A stretch of 64,000 bases of DNA, taken from an uncultured Christensenella sp. Lineage in GTDB: Bacteria; Bacillota; Clostridia; Christensenellales; UBA1750. This document shows, in pieces, positions 48,343 through 57,058 of the stretch. The first letter of the stretch is position 1; each line of letters starts with the position of its first letter. The translations under genes were made by a program, and so were the position numbers. Under the pieces are notes generated by a model, which searched no databases, was not told the DNA's origin, and saw nothing but the letters and a program-made list of their open reading frames with translations. The DNA lies in contig CAJJNQ010000001.1 of NCBI GenBank assembly GCA_905193155.1, forward strand, positions 1,315-65,314, read 5' to 3'.

Positions 48343-49371
48343 TTATCTCTGCACACGACCGGAAGCGTTGCCGCCCATCAGAGACTTGACTTCGTCCACG
48401 GTGACCATGTTGAAGTCGCCCTCGATGGTGTGCTTCAGCGCGGAAGCAGCCGCCGCGTAGTTGACAGCGCCCTCGTTGTCGTAGCCCGCCAGCAGAGCAT
48501 AGATCAGGCCGGAGCCGAAGCTGTCGCCGCCGCCGACGCGGTCCACGATGCGGATCGCATACTTCTTGGAGATGGAGATTTCGCCGGACTTGCCGTCGTA
48601 GAGCATGCCGGACCAGTTGTTATCGGAAGCAGAGAGGGACTCGCGCAGGGTGATGGCGACCTTCTCGCAGCCGAAACGCTCGACCAGCTGACGGGCGACG
48701 GACTTGTAGCCCTCGACGTCCAGCTTGCCGCTGTTGATGTCGGTGTGCTCGGCCTTGATGCCGAAGACATCCGCAGAGTCCTCTTCGTTGGCGATCAGCA
48801 CGTCAACGTAGGGAACCAGCTCGCCCATGATCTGGCCAGCCTTCTCGCGGGTCCAGAGGTTCTTGCGGTAGTTCAGGTCGCAGCTGATCTTCACGCCGTG
48901 AGCCTTAGCAGCCTTGCAGGCCTCGAGGACGACCGCCGCAGTGCCGTCGGAAAGAGCGGGAGTGATGCCGGTCCAGTGGAACCAGTCAGCGCCCTCAAAA
49001 ATCTTGTCCCAGTCGAAATCGCCGGGCTTGACGTTCGCAATCGCAGAATCCGCGCGGTCGTAGACGACCTTGGAGGGACGCATGGAAACGCCCTTCTCGC
49101 AGAAGTAGATGCCCAGGCGCTTCTTGGAGCGGACAACGTCGGAGACGTCCACGCCGAAGGTCTTGAGCGCATTCATCGCAGCGTCGCCGATGGGGTTGGC
49201 GGGCACCGCGGTCACATAGTGCGCATCCATGCCGTAGTTGGCCAGAGAAACAGCCACGTTCGCTTCCGCGCCGCCGTAAACAGCGTCAAAGCAATGAGCC
49301 TGCTGGAAACGCTGATAGCCCTGCGGAGCAAGGCGGAGCATGATTTCACCAAAGGTAACGATTTTCGCCAT
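48343..49371 (-). CDS. kdgK: 2-dehydro-3-deoxygluconokinase (PfkB family), copy 2
   Basis: Colinear with copy 1 over the full length (MAKIVTFGEIMLRL ... MGGNASGRVQR). ATG 49371 follows AAGGAG. Confidence 0.85.
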   Translation of the reverse strand: MAKIVTFGEIMLRLAPQGYQRFQQAHCFDAVYGGAEANVAVSLANYGMDAHYVTAVPANPIGDAAMNALKTFGVDVSDVVRSKKRLGIYFCEKGVSMRPSKVVYDRADSAIANVKPGDFDWDKIFEGADWFHWTGITPALSDGTAAVVLEACKAAKAHGVKISCDLNYRKNLWTREKAGQIMGELVPYVDVLIANEEDSADVFGIKAEHTDINSGKLDVEGYKSVARQLVERFGCEKVAITLRESLSASDNNWSGMLYDGKSGEISISKKYAIRIVDRVGGGDSFGSGLIYALLAGYDNEGAVNYAAAASALKHTIEGDFNMVTVDEVKSLMGGNASGRVQR

Positions 49372-49470
49372 TGAGGTACACTCCTTCTTATGCTTGTGCA
49401 TAAAGTTATTTATTCAGGCGCAAACTTTGCATGGATTTTCCATGCAGCGCCCCAGGATACAGAAGAAAAT

Positions 49471-50232
49471 TCAGTCCCGATAGCCCATGCGCTGGGAGAT
49501 GCTGTGCGCCGCGTCCATGACGAAGCCCGCAATTTCCTCATCACGCGCGGGGGTGATGATCTGCTTGAGACCGGAGGTCGAAACCGCGGCGACGATGTTG
49601 CCGCGGTAATCATAGATCGGCGCGGCGATGCAGCGAATGCCCGGCTCATGCTCCTGATCGTCCCGCGACCAGCCTCGCTGGCGGATCAGGCGGATCTCCT
49701 TGATGAGCGCTTCGGGATCGGTGATGGAACGGGAGGTATAGGTCGGCAGCTTGGTGCCGCGGATCTTTTCGCAAAGCTCCGCATCCGGCAGACCGGAGAG
49801 CAGCGCCTTGCCCGACGCCGTGCAGAGTGCGGGCGACCGGCGGCCGATCTGGGAATACATACGGATGGAGTGGATCGTCTCGATCTTATCAATATAGATG
49901 ATCTCCAGTCCTTCCAGCATGGCCAGATGCACGGGCTGCTTGGTCAGCTGCAGAAGCCGGCGCAGATAGGGCTGCGCCTCGGTTTTGAGCTCCACCTGGT
50001 TTAAGTACAGGCTGCTCAATTCCACGATCTTCATGCCCAGGCGGTAAGCGCCGCCGCTGCGCTGCTCGACGTAGCCGCGCTCGCCCAGTGCGGAAAGAAG
50101 CCGGTGCACGGTGGACTTATGCAGCCCGACGCGCGTAGAGATTTCGGTTACGCCCAAGCCTTCTTTCTCACCCGCCAACGCCTCGACAATGGACAGCGCA
50201 CGGTCAATAGACTGAACGGTGGCCTTTTCCAT
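49471..50232 (-). CDS. IclR family transcriptional regulator (KdgR-like)
   Basis: SIDRALSIVEAL...GVTEIS..VGLHKSTVHRLL wHTH and an IclR effector domain. SD GGGAGGGAG. Confidence 0.85.
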   Translation of the reverse strand: MEKATVQSIDRALSIVEALAGEKEGLGVTEISTRVGLHKSTVHRLLSALGERGYVEQRSGGAYRLGMKIVELSSLYLNQVELKTEAQPYLRRLLQLTKQPVHLAMLEGLEIIYIDKIETIHSIRMYSQIGRRSPALCTASGKALLSGLPDAELCEKIRGTKLPTYTSRSITDPEALIKEIRLIRQRGWSRDDQEHEPGIRCIAAPIYDYRGNIVAAVSTSGLKQIITPARDEEIAGFVMDAAHSISQRMGYRD

Positions 50233-50323
50233 GCTTCTCCCTCCCGATCGATCGTTCTACATCGCAAAACCCCGTTTCACTGTTTTCAGTATAGCACAGA
50301 ACACCATCCGGTGCAAACTTTTT

Positions 50324-50350
50324 CGGAACGCCGTTCCGTATTTTGGAACG
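50324..50350. promoter_or_regulatory. Candidate IclR operator: CGGAACG-c-CGTTCCG palindrome plus a third GGAACG
   Basis: Perfect 7+7 inverted repeat at 50324..50338, with GGAACG repeated at 50345..50350, in the divergent intergenic region. Confidence 0.4.
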
Positions 50351-50395
50351 CATGCCCGCGATGGAAAAATGCGCCGCAACTTTACCGGTTCCCGC

Positions 50396-50424
50396 TTGAT
50401 AAACCCCCGCCGGGCAGATATAAT
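50396..50424 (+). promoter_or_regulatory. Near-consensus sigma-70 promoter
   Basis: TTGATA, 17-nt spacer, TATAAT. About 48 nt upstream of ATG 50472. Confidence 0.6.
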
Positions 50425-50471
50425 AGTAAAAATAAAAGTGGAGAGTATTGCTTACTTTACGGAGGATCAGC

Positions 50472-51656
50472 ATGGGTTCTAGGAGAGAAGCGGTCATCAT
50501 CGGCGCGGGCAAAATGGGCCGCGGGTTCTGTGCGGAGATACTGGCCAGCGCGGGATGCCATCTGACGTTTGTGGACAGCGATGAAAAGCGTGTCGAAAGG
50601 CTGCGCAATTCGGGCGGTTACACGATCTATAAGGCCCGGCGAACCTATTTTGAAACCGTGTCCATCGAAAGCTTCGACGCGCTGCCGCTGAGCGCAGAGG
50701 GCGAGCTTTCCGATTTGATCGCGCGCCGGGGCGTGCTGGTGATGCTGGCGGTGCCGTTCCAGCAGCTGGAAAGCGTCGCGTCGCTGCTGAGCGTGTGCAT
50801 CGCGCGCAAAGCGATGGAAACGCCGGACGAGCCGCTGGACATACTGCTTTGCATCAACCAGATGGAAGCCAAGCGGCAGCTGACCAAGTTTTTTGAAAAC
50901 ATGCTGGGCGGAACCGCTCTGGAATATATGCACACGCACGTCGGCATTGTCGAAACCGTGGCCATCTGTATGTGTCCGGAGCTGCCGGACAGCCTGGCCG
51001 AGCGCGACCCGCTGGGCGTGCTGACCAACGGCTATCCTGAAATGCCGATGGACGCCACCGCCTTCCGCGGCCGCCCGCCGCATTCCGAGCGCATCCGGCT
51101 GACCTACAATCTGTCCGCCGAAGCGCACCGCAAGATGTACACCTTCAACACGGCCTATGCTTCCATCGCCTATCTTTCCAGCCCGAAACACTATGTTTGG
51201 GCGACCGAGGCGATGAAGGACCCCGATATCCACCGCAGCGTCATCGAGGCGCTGCACGAATCCTCCATCGGCCTTTGCGGCGAATACGGCTTTACGCCGG
51301 AAGAGATGGAAGAGTGGAACAAGCGCATCCTCGCCGTGATCGACAACCCGCTGCTGGGGGACACCATCAACCGCCTGGGTTCCGACACGCCGCGCAAGGT
51401 CGGCCCGCAGGATCGCCTGGTGGGCGCTGCGCTGCTTTGCCTGAAATACGGTGGCAAGCCCGATACGCTGGCGCGCGTCATCGCTTATGCCTATCGCTAT
51501 CCCGCCTCCGACGACCCGCGTACGCGGCTCTTCATGCGCTTTATCGAATCCGAGGGCATTGAAACGGCGCTGGAACGCTATTCCCGCCTGGCGCTGCGCA
51601 ACCAGCTGCACCGGCAGATCCGAGAGATTTACGAAAGCCTGGGGGATCCGGTATGA
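50472..51656 (+). CDS. Mannitol dehydrogenase family protein (MtlD-like)
   Basis: IIGAGKMGRGF Rossmann start, RKMYTFNT block and PRKVGPQDRL block, colinear with mannitol-1-phosphate 5-dehydrogenase. ATG follows GGAGGA. Confidence 0.65.
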   Translation: MGSRREAVIIGAGKMGRGFCAEILASAGCHLTFVDSDEKRVERLRNSGGYTIYKARRTYFETVSIESFDALPLSAEGELSDLIARRGVLVMLAVPFQQLESVASLLSVCIARKAMETPDEPLDILLCINQMEAKRQLTKFFENMLGGTALEYMHTHVGIVETVAICMCPELPDSLAERDPLGVLTNGYPEMPMDATAFRGRPPHSERIRLTYNLSAEAHRKMYTFNTAYASIAYLSSPKHYVWATEAMKDPDIHRSVIEALHESSIGLCGEYGFTPEEMEEWNKRILAVIDNPLLGDTINRLGSDTPRKVGPQDRLVGAALLCLKYGGKPDTLARVIAYAYRYPASDDPRTRLFMRFIESEGIETALERYSRLALRNQLHRQIREIYESLGDPV

Positions 51657-52972
51657 AAAGAGAGGCCGCCTTTCTCTCCGATGTACACGGCAACCTGCCC
51701 GCGCTGGAAGCCGTGCTGGCTGATCTTTCCCGCCGCGGCATCACGGAGGTCTACTTTCTGGGCGATGTGCTGGGCAAAGGCCCCGCTGTGGGCGAAGTGA
51801 TCTCGCTGCTGCGGGCGCGTTGTGCAGGCGCGGTTTACGGCAACTGGGACAAGCTCGTGCTGCACGGAAAGGACGTAGAGCGCTTCGGTGCTTCCTATTA
51901 TAGAGAGCGGTTGAGCGCAGAGGATCGCGCCTATCTGCTGAGCCTGCCCGAATCGCTGGAGATCGACTTCTGCGGCCGGTCGGTGCTGATGTACCACGGG
52001 CGCTTTTCCATCGACTGCGTGGTCACGCCGATGTTCAACAACTCCCGCGACAATGTGGAAAAGGCGCTCTATCGCTTCGGCCCGCACGACATCACCCTGA
52101 TGGGCGATGCGCACCACCCCTTTATGCTGACGCATCAGGGGCGTTTTTTGATGAACACCGGTGCGGTGGGCAACCCCTGCGACCGAATGCCGCTGGCGTC
52201 TTATCTGATCCTGCGGGACGAGAACGGCGTGTTCTCCTCGGAGCACGTCCGCGTGCCCTACGATTTGAACCGCGCGGTGAGCATCGCGCTGCACACGCCA
52301 CAGCTCCCGATGCTGGAAACCTATATCAACGAAACCGTGACGGCGGTTTACAGCCGCAGCTACAAGCCCAACACCAACACGCCGCAGACCAATCCCTGGG
52401 AAGAGCTGCCGCTCTCCGTTTATCATTTGCAAACCGGCGTGCTGGGGCTGCGGGAACCGCTGGATAAGCTGCTGCATAACCAGCTGCGTGACCATCCCGC
52501 AAAAAGCTATCTCCTCTTCGGCATTACCGATGGCAGCGGGCTGGAAAACGCGCCGCTCGCGCACGATGCACGGATCATCGGCGTGGATATCAACGAGGAC
52601 TACCTGCGCGCCTGCCGCAAGAAGCTGGACGCGCTGCAAAACCGGCTGAGCCTCGTGAAGATGGATCTTTCCTCTTCGCTTCGGTTTGCGCCGCGTGCAG
52701 AGGTCGTGCTGGCGAACCTCGTGCTGGAATACATCGGCGTGAATCCCTTTGCCCGGCAGATCGCCGCCATAAAGCCCGCCGCTGTCTCCTGCGCCGTGCT
52801 GCACGGCGCAGCGGGGCTGGCGCTTTCCACCGAAATCGAGCGGCAGTTTCGCGAGGTGGAGCTTTCCCACCTGACTGACGCCATGGAAGAATTGGACTAC
52901 CGGCTGACGAGCCTTACTTCCGAACCTCTGCCCGGCGGCGCTCTGCTGCTGCAGCTGGATTTTACACAGTAA
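51653..52972 (+). CDS. Fusion protein: N-terminal metallophosphoesterase plus C-terminal class I methyltransferase-like domain
   Basis: SDVHGN, LGDVLGKGP, GNWD and GDAHHP phosphoesterase motifs (about aa 1-230). Then LLFGITDGSG, IIGVDIN, VKMDL and LANLVLEYIG, which are methyltransferase-like. ATGA overlap with the upstream gene. Confidence 0.65.
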   Translation: MKREAAFLSDVHGNLPALEAVLADLSRRGITEVYFLGDVLGKGPAVGEVISLLRARCAGAVYGNWDKLVLHGKDVERFGASYYRERLSAEDRAYLLSLPESLEIDFCGRSVLMYHGRFSIDCVVTPMFNNSRDNVEKALYRFGPHDITLMGDAHHPFMLTHQGRFLMNTGAVGNPCDRMPLASYLILRDENGVFSSEHVRVPYDLNRAVSIALHTPQLPMLETYINETVTAVYSRSYKPNTNTPQTNPWEELPLSVYHLQTGVLGLREPLDKLLHNQLRDHPAKSYLLFGITDGSGLENAPLAHDARIIGVDINEDYLRACRKKLDALQNRLSLVKMDLSSSLRFAPRAEVVLANLVLEYIGVNPFARQIAAIKPAAVSCAVLHGAAGLALSTEIERQFREVELSHLTDAMEELDYRLTSLTSEPLPGGALLLQLDFTQ

Positions 52973-52995
52973 ACTTCTGAAATGGTTCTCCTTAT

Positions 52996-53036
52996 CCCTC
53001 CGGATCTCTCAACATCCGGAGGGGATTTTTGTTTTT
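52996..53036 (+). terminator. Terminator
   Basis: CCCTCCGGAT-ctctcaac-ATCCGGAGGG-GATTTTTGTTTTT. Confidence 0.8.
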
Positions 53037-53403
53037 CAAAGACCTCCGCCCTTCCTTCATTCTTTCGCCGGCAAAACCTCCGATTCCAAAGTTTTTTCGC
53101 TCTTCCGGCAACCTTTTTATCTAAAAACTTCATTTTCATCCTCCTGTTTTCTCTGTAAAAGCGAGGATATCATCTGGATAAGGAAAAACAGAAAGCTCAT
53201 GTATACACGCCGGAAGATTTTTCTTGCGAAAGGCCGTCGCAATGAAAGAGGATACTTTTCGCTTAACAGGCGAACGAACAAGACCGCTTACGTCTATGAT
53301 CTTCTTCCAAGGTTGTCAACCAAATGGCCGCTCCAAAGCCCTGCTTCGAAACAAACGGGCAAATTCCTTTTCCCCGCCGCCCAAATTTTCCGGCTTCTCC
53401 ATG

Positions 53404-53438
53404 CAAAAACGCCTGCAAGCTCCTTTCGGGCTTACAGG
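53404..53438 (-). terminator. Terminator after tRNA-Arg
   Basis: On the minus strand: CCTGTAAGCCCGAAAGGAGCTTGCAGG followed by CGTTTTTGC. Confidence 0.7.
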
Positions 53439-53447
53439 TGTTTGATT

Positions 53448-53524
53448 TGGCGTCCCCGGCGCGATTCGAACGCGCGGCCTTTCGCTTAGGAGGCGAACGC
53501 TCTATCCTACTGAGCTACGGAGAC
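53448..53524 (-). tRNA. tRNA-Arg (anticodon CCT), CCA encoded
   Basis: Minus strand GTCTCCGTAGCTCAGTAGGATAGAGCGTTCGCCTCCTAAGCGAAAGGCCGCGCGTTCGAATCGCGCCGGGGACGCCA. 7-bp acceptor stem, anticodon stem TTCGC/GCGAA with loop CTCCTAA, and a GTTCGAATC T-loop. Confidence 0.9.
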
Positions 53525-53543
53525 ATAGACCGGGAACATATCT

Positions 53544-53572
53544 ATTATAAGCACTCGGGGCGATTCTGTCAA
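53544..53572 (-). promoter_or_regulatory. Consensus promoter of tRNA-Arg
   Basis: Minus strand TTGACA, 17-nt spacer, TATAAT. The -10 ends 19 nt before the tRNA 5' end. Confidence 0.7.
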
Positions 53573-53622
53573 ACAGAATCGCCCCAAGTGCGCCGATCAG
53601 CGCTGTTCTTTTACGGAAATTA

Positions 53623-54426
53623 TCAGAGCTTATCGGGCGTGTAGAGCACCCAGGTGTTCTCGCGCATCCAATGGCGTTTGCAGGTGCCGCCAAACCAGGT
53701 GTAGTCCTCATCGCCCGCACCATGGGTTTCGATGATGGTGCGGATCGCGTCCTTCATCTCGTCGATATAGGCCGCGGGAACGCCCTCGACATTGTGGCCG
53801 TTGTGCAGCTCCTTGATGTAAGGGCGCAGCGGATCGAGCGCGTTGAGGCTGTCCAGATACTGCTGGAGTTTCAGCGAATGATCAAGCTGCAACCAGGTCT
53901 GCCCATTGATCGCGTCGCCGGAGAACAGGAAACCGGTCTGCCGATCGAGCAGCGCGATGGAACCGGGCGTGTGGCCGGCGATCAGCACAACCTCCAGCAC
54001 TTTGCCGCCCAGATCGATCTTCTCGCCCTCGCGGAGAGGTTTGATTTCGCAGTGCGCATACGGATCGAGGAAGGCTTCCAACTCTTCCCTGGTCGCGCCG
54101 TATTTTTCTGGATGGTCAAGATCAATATCCAGCTCTTTGCGGCGCGCGACAAATTCCTTATCGATGGCGACGTCGGCAGGGTGCATATAAGCTTCCTTAA
54201 AGAAGCAGTTGCCACCGGTGTGATCGCCGTGACCATGGGTATCAACGACAATCAGCGGCAGATCCTTAATCTCGCGCACAATGTCATACAGGTTTTCCCT
54301 GCCGTTGACGGTGTCGATCACCGCCGCCTTGTCCTTGCCGCAGACCACATAGCAAACCGAATCGCCCGCATCGTCGATGCAGGTGATTTCCGGCGTGAGC
54401 TTGTGCAGAACCGCTCTTCTTTTCAT
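53623..54426 (-). CDS. MBL-fold metallo-hydrolase
   Basis: THGHGDHTGG motif. SD AAGGAGG. Confidence 0.8.
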   Translation of the reverse strand: MKRRAVLHKLTPEITCIDDAGDSVCYVVCGKDKAAVIDTVNGRENLYDIVREIKDLPLIVVDTHGHGDHTGGNCFFKEAYMHPADVAIDKEFVARRKELDIDLDHPEKYGATREELEAFLDPYAHCEIKPLREGEKIDLGGKVLEVVLIAGHTPGSIALLDRQTGFLFSGDAINGQTWLQLDHSLKLQQYLDSLNALDPLRPYIKELHNGHNVEGVPAAYIDEMKDAIRTIIETHGAGDEDYTWFGGTCKRHWMRENTWVLYTPDKL

Positions 54427-54442
54427 CGTAAATGTCCTCCTT

Positions 54443-54469
54443 GCGTATACTGACAGATTCAGTATACGC
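54443..54469 (-). other. 11-bp stem-loop abutting the SD of the MBL gene
   Basis: GCGTATACTGA-cagat-TCAGTATACGC. On the minus strand it ends directly at AAGGAGG. Confidence 0.4.
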
Positions 54470-54497
54470 CGTTTCTTTGCAAATGTAAATTCCCAAC

Positions 54498-56432
54498 TCA
54501 GAGATGCGCATCCGGCTCGTCGGTCAGCGTCACCACACCGCCCTCTACATGATGCTTGCTCATCTTCTTTTTCATCTTGCGGTTGGCCACGCTATCAAGT
54601 ACAATGTCCAGATCGTAATTTTCCGCATCGGGATAAAGCTCCTCCTTGCTCAGATGCGGCGAGAGCCTGCGGTGGTTGACGGTGTACTTCCGATCCGCAA
54701 CCTTGACCACGACCTCGCCCTTGGCGTTGGCCCCCTGCGCCACAATGCCGGTTCTGTGCAGGGGATGAACATACACGCTGTCCCCCACCTGAAAGCGACT
54801 GCCGGGAGAAGGCTTTTTGACAGGCTGCGGCTCCACTTCCTCCTTCGGCGGTGCGGACGGCATTTTCACCGTCTTTTCCGCGGCATTTATAGGCGCAGCT
54901 TTAAGCATTTTACTGCCGCAAACCTCTGCCGCACGAACCAGCACATCCTCCGGCAGGCCGAGGCGGCGCGCAATCAGCAGGGCGCAGCTCTGCCCTGCGC
55001 GTCCCAGCTCCATGCGGTAGAGCGGGCTCAGCGTGACAGGGTCAAAAGTCATGCTCGCGTTGAGGAAGCCCGGCGTGGTCTCCGCAAAGGTCTTGATTTC
55101 AGGATAATGCGTTGTCGCAAGGATCAGTGCGCCGCGGTTGGCCAATCCCTCCAACATGGCGACGGCCAGCCCCATGCCTTCCTGCGGGTCGGTGCCGTTG
55201 CCCAGTTCATCGCAGAGCACCAGCGTATCCGGCGTGGTCTTTTGCAGGATGTCCACCCAGCGCCGCACATGGGACGAAAAGGTGGAAAGGTTCTGCTCAA
55301 TGGACTGCCCGTCACCCAAATCGCACAGCACCTGATCGAGCACCGGGAACAAGCCCTCCTTGCAGGGAACGTGCAGCCCGGTCTGCGCCATTAGGCAGAG
55401 CAGCCCCACGGTTTTGAGCGCAACAGTCTTGCCGCCGGTGTTGGGGCCGGTGATCACCACGCCCACTTCCGCAGGCTGCGTGCCGAGAAAGAAATCCAGC
55501 GGCACGCAGCTCTTGACGGACAGCAGCGGATGCCTTGCGCTCACCAGGCGAATCTGCCGCAAGTCCTCCACGCGCGGTTCAACGGCGCGCTGCTGCTTTG
55601 CCAGTGCGGCGCAGGCAAAGTAGAAATCCAGTTCTTCCAGGCACTCCTTATTCTGCTTAAGCTCTGCCGCCTTTTCCGCAAAGCGCGCGGAAAGCTCGGC
55701 CAGTATGCGCTGAATCTCGTTCCGCTCCCGGATGCGCAGCATTTCCAGCTCTTCGCGCATGGAGCCGACAGAAGAAGGCTCGATGAACACCGTCGATCCG
55801 CTGGACGAGAGGTCTGCCACCGATCCCGCCACTTCGCGGCGGTGCTCCTTTTTCAGCGGCAGTACGAGCCTCCCGCCGCGCTGCGTGACAAACTGATCCG
55901 CAAACCAGCCCGGATGGGCGCGCAGCAGCGATTCCAGCTTGGCGCGCATCCGCTCCTCCACAATCTCCGCCTGACGGCGCACCGAGCGCAGCTCCGGCGA
56001 GGCGCGGTCGTCCACCTCGTCGCCGCGAATGCAGCGCTCCACCTCATCCGCCAGCTCCGGCAGCGCGTCGATGGAAAACTGCCAGGCGGCGATCTCCGAT
56101 GCGGTTTCCTTCATGCGGCCGAGGTACAACTGCATCCTTCGGCAGGCGGTCAGAAACATGCCCAGCTTCGTCAGCTGGTCGGTGGAAAGGATCTCGTTCA
56201 GTTTCAGCAGCGGCAATGCGGCTTCCACGCCGGTGATCGCCGTCAGCGGCGGGGCGGAAACCTCCAGGCAGCGCGCCGCCTGTCCGATCCAGTGCGCCCG
56301 CTGATGAATCAGTGCAAGGTCCTTGGTCGGGCGCAATTCCAGTGCGCGGCGGCGCGCCGCTTCGGTATGCGTCAATTCCGCAATCTGATCCAGTATGGTC
56401 GTATATTCCAGCATTTCCAATGCGTCATTCAT
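54498..56432 (-). CDS. MutS2-family protein lacking a canonical Smr domain
   Basis: ITGPNTGGKT Walker A, LCDELGNGTDP Walker B and a KOW-like GDSVYV...GEVVVKV. Only about 55 aa follow the KOW region. Confidence 0.75.
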   Translation of the reverse strand: MNDALEMLEYTTILDQIAELTHTEAARRRALELRPTKDLALIHQRAHWIGQAARCLEVSAPPLTAITGVEAALPLLKLNEILSTDQLTKLGMFLTACRRMQLYLGRMKETASEIAAWQFSIDALPELADEVERCIRGDEVDDRASPELRSVRRQAEIVEERMRAKLESLLRAHPGWFADQFVTQRGGRLVLPLKKEHRREVAGSVADLSSSGSTVFIEPSSVGSMREELEMLRIRERNEIQRILAELSARFAEKAAELKQNKECLEELDFYFACAALAKQQRAVEPRVEDLRQIRLVSARHPLLSVKSCVPLDFFLGTQPAEVGVVITGPNTGGKTVALKTVGLLCLMAQTGLHVPCKEGLFPVLDQVLCDLGDGQSIEQNLSTFSSHVRRWVDILQKTTPDTLVLCDELGNGTDPQEGMGLAVAMLEGLANRGALILATTHYPEIKTFAETTPGFLNASMTFDPVTLSPLYRMELGRAGQSCALLIARRLGLPEDVLVRAAEVCGSKMLKAAPINAAEKTVKMPSAPPKEEVEPQPVKKPSPGSRFQVGDSVYVHPLHRTGIVAQGANAKGEVVVKVADRKYTVNHRRLSPHLSKEELYPDAENYDLDIVLDSVANRKMKKKMSKHHVEGGVVTLTDEPDAHL

Positions 56433-57040
56433 TTCTCTGTTTTCCTCTTTTCCTTATGGGGGAAGTTCTTCTCGAATTCCTCCAGTTCTTTCGGATCAAC
56501 CTGAAATTCCGGTGCAAAGTACAGCACGCCGGAAATGTCTTTCAGTCCGTTCGGCTGCAATTCTATCGCCATCTGCACCTCCGGCTCGGTTACTTCCTCG
56601 ATCTGCACGCCAAACTCCTGTGCGCTCTTGAACCCGAAGCGGTGGTAATACTTCGGATTTCCGGTGATAAACACGCCGTTCCATCCCGCCTTTCCGGCCA
56701 ATTCCAGCGTGTGACGCACCAGTGCGCCGCCTACGCCCCTGCCCTGCCATTCCGGCAGCACGCCGAGGGGGCCGAAGGCCGCCGTCTCCCATTGCTTTCC
56801 ATCCGGGTGCTCAATTCGGGCTTTGGTATAGAGAATCTGCCCAACGATGCGTCCGTTTTCGTCCACTGCCACGCAAGAAAGGTCGCCAAGGCAGGCATCC
56901 TTCCCGCGCAGCTTGTGGACAATCAGGTGCTCATCGCACCCGGGTGCGTAGACGCCCCAGAACGCCTCCCGCACCAGATTTTCCACCTCGGCATAGTCCT
57001 TGGGCATCTCTTTTCGGATGGTGAATTTGTATTGCGTCAT
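56429..57040 (-). CDS. GNAT family N-acetyltransferase
   Basis: Acetyl-CoA loop WQGRGVGGALV. 4-nt overlap with the MutS2-like start. SD AGGAGGAAAAAA. Confidence 0.8.
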   Translation of the reverse strand: MTQYKFTIRKEMPKDYAEVENLVREAFWGVYAPGCDEHLIVHKLRGKDACLGDLSCVAVDENGRIVGQILYTKARIEHPDGKQWETAAFGPLGVLPEWQGRGVGGALVRHTLELAGKAGWNGVFITGNPKYYHRFGFKSAQEFGVQIEEVTEPEVQMAIELQPNGLKDISGVLYFAPEFQVDPKELEEFEKNFPHKEKRKTEK

Positions 57041-57058
57041 ACCGTTTTTTCCTCCTGT

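Noticed and set aside
52897-53139. 80-aa basic minus-strand ORF with a strong SD
   Set aside because: Reads through the convergent gene's terminator hairpin and 76 nt into that gene. Kept only as a note in the finding on the unassigned region.
53199-53489. 96-aa plus-strand ORF
   Set aside because: Overlaps the tRNA-Arg gene and its terminator. No SD.
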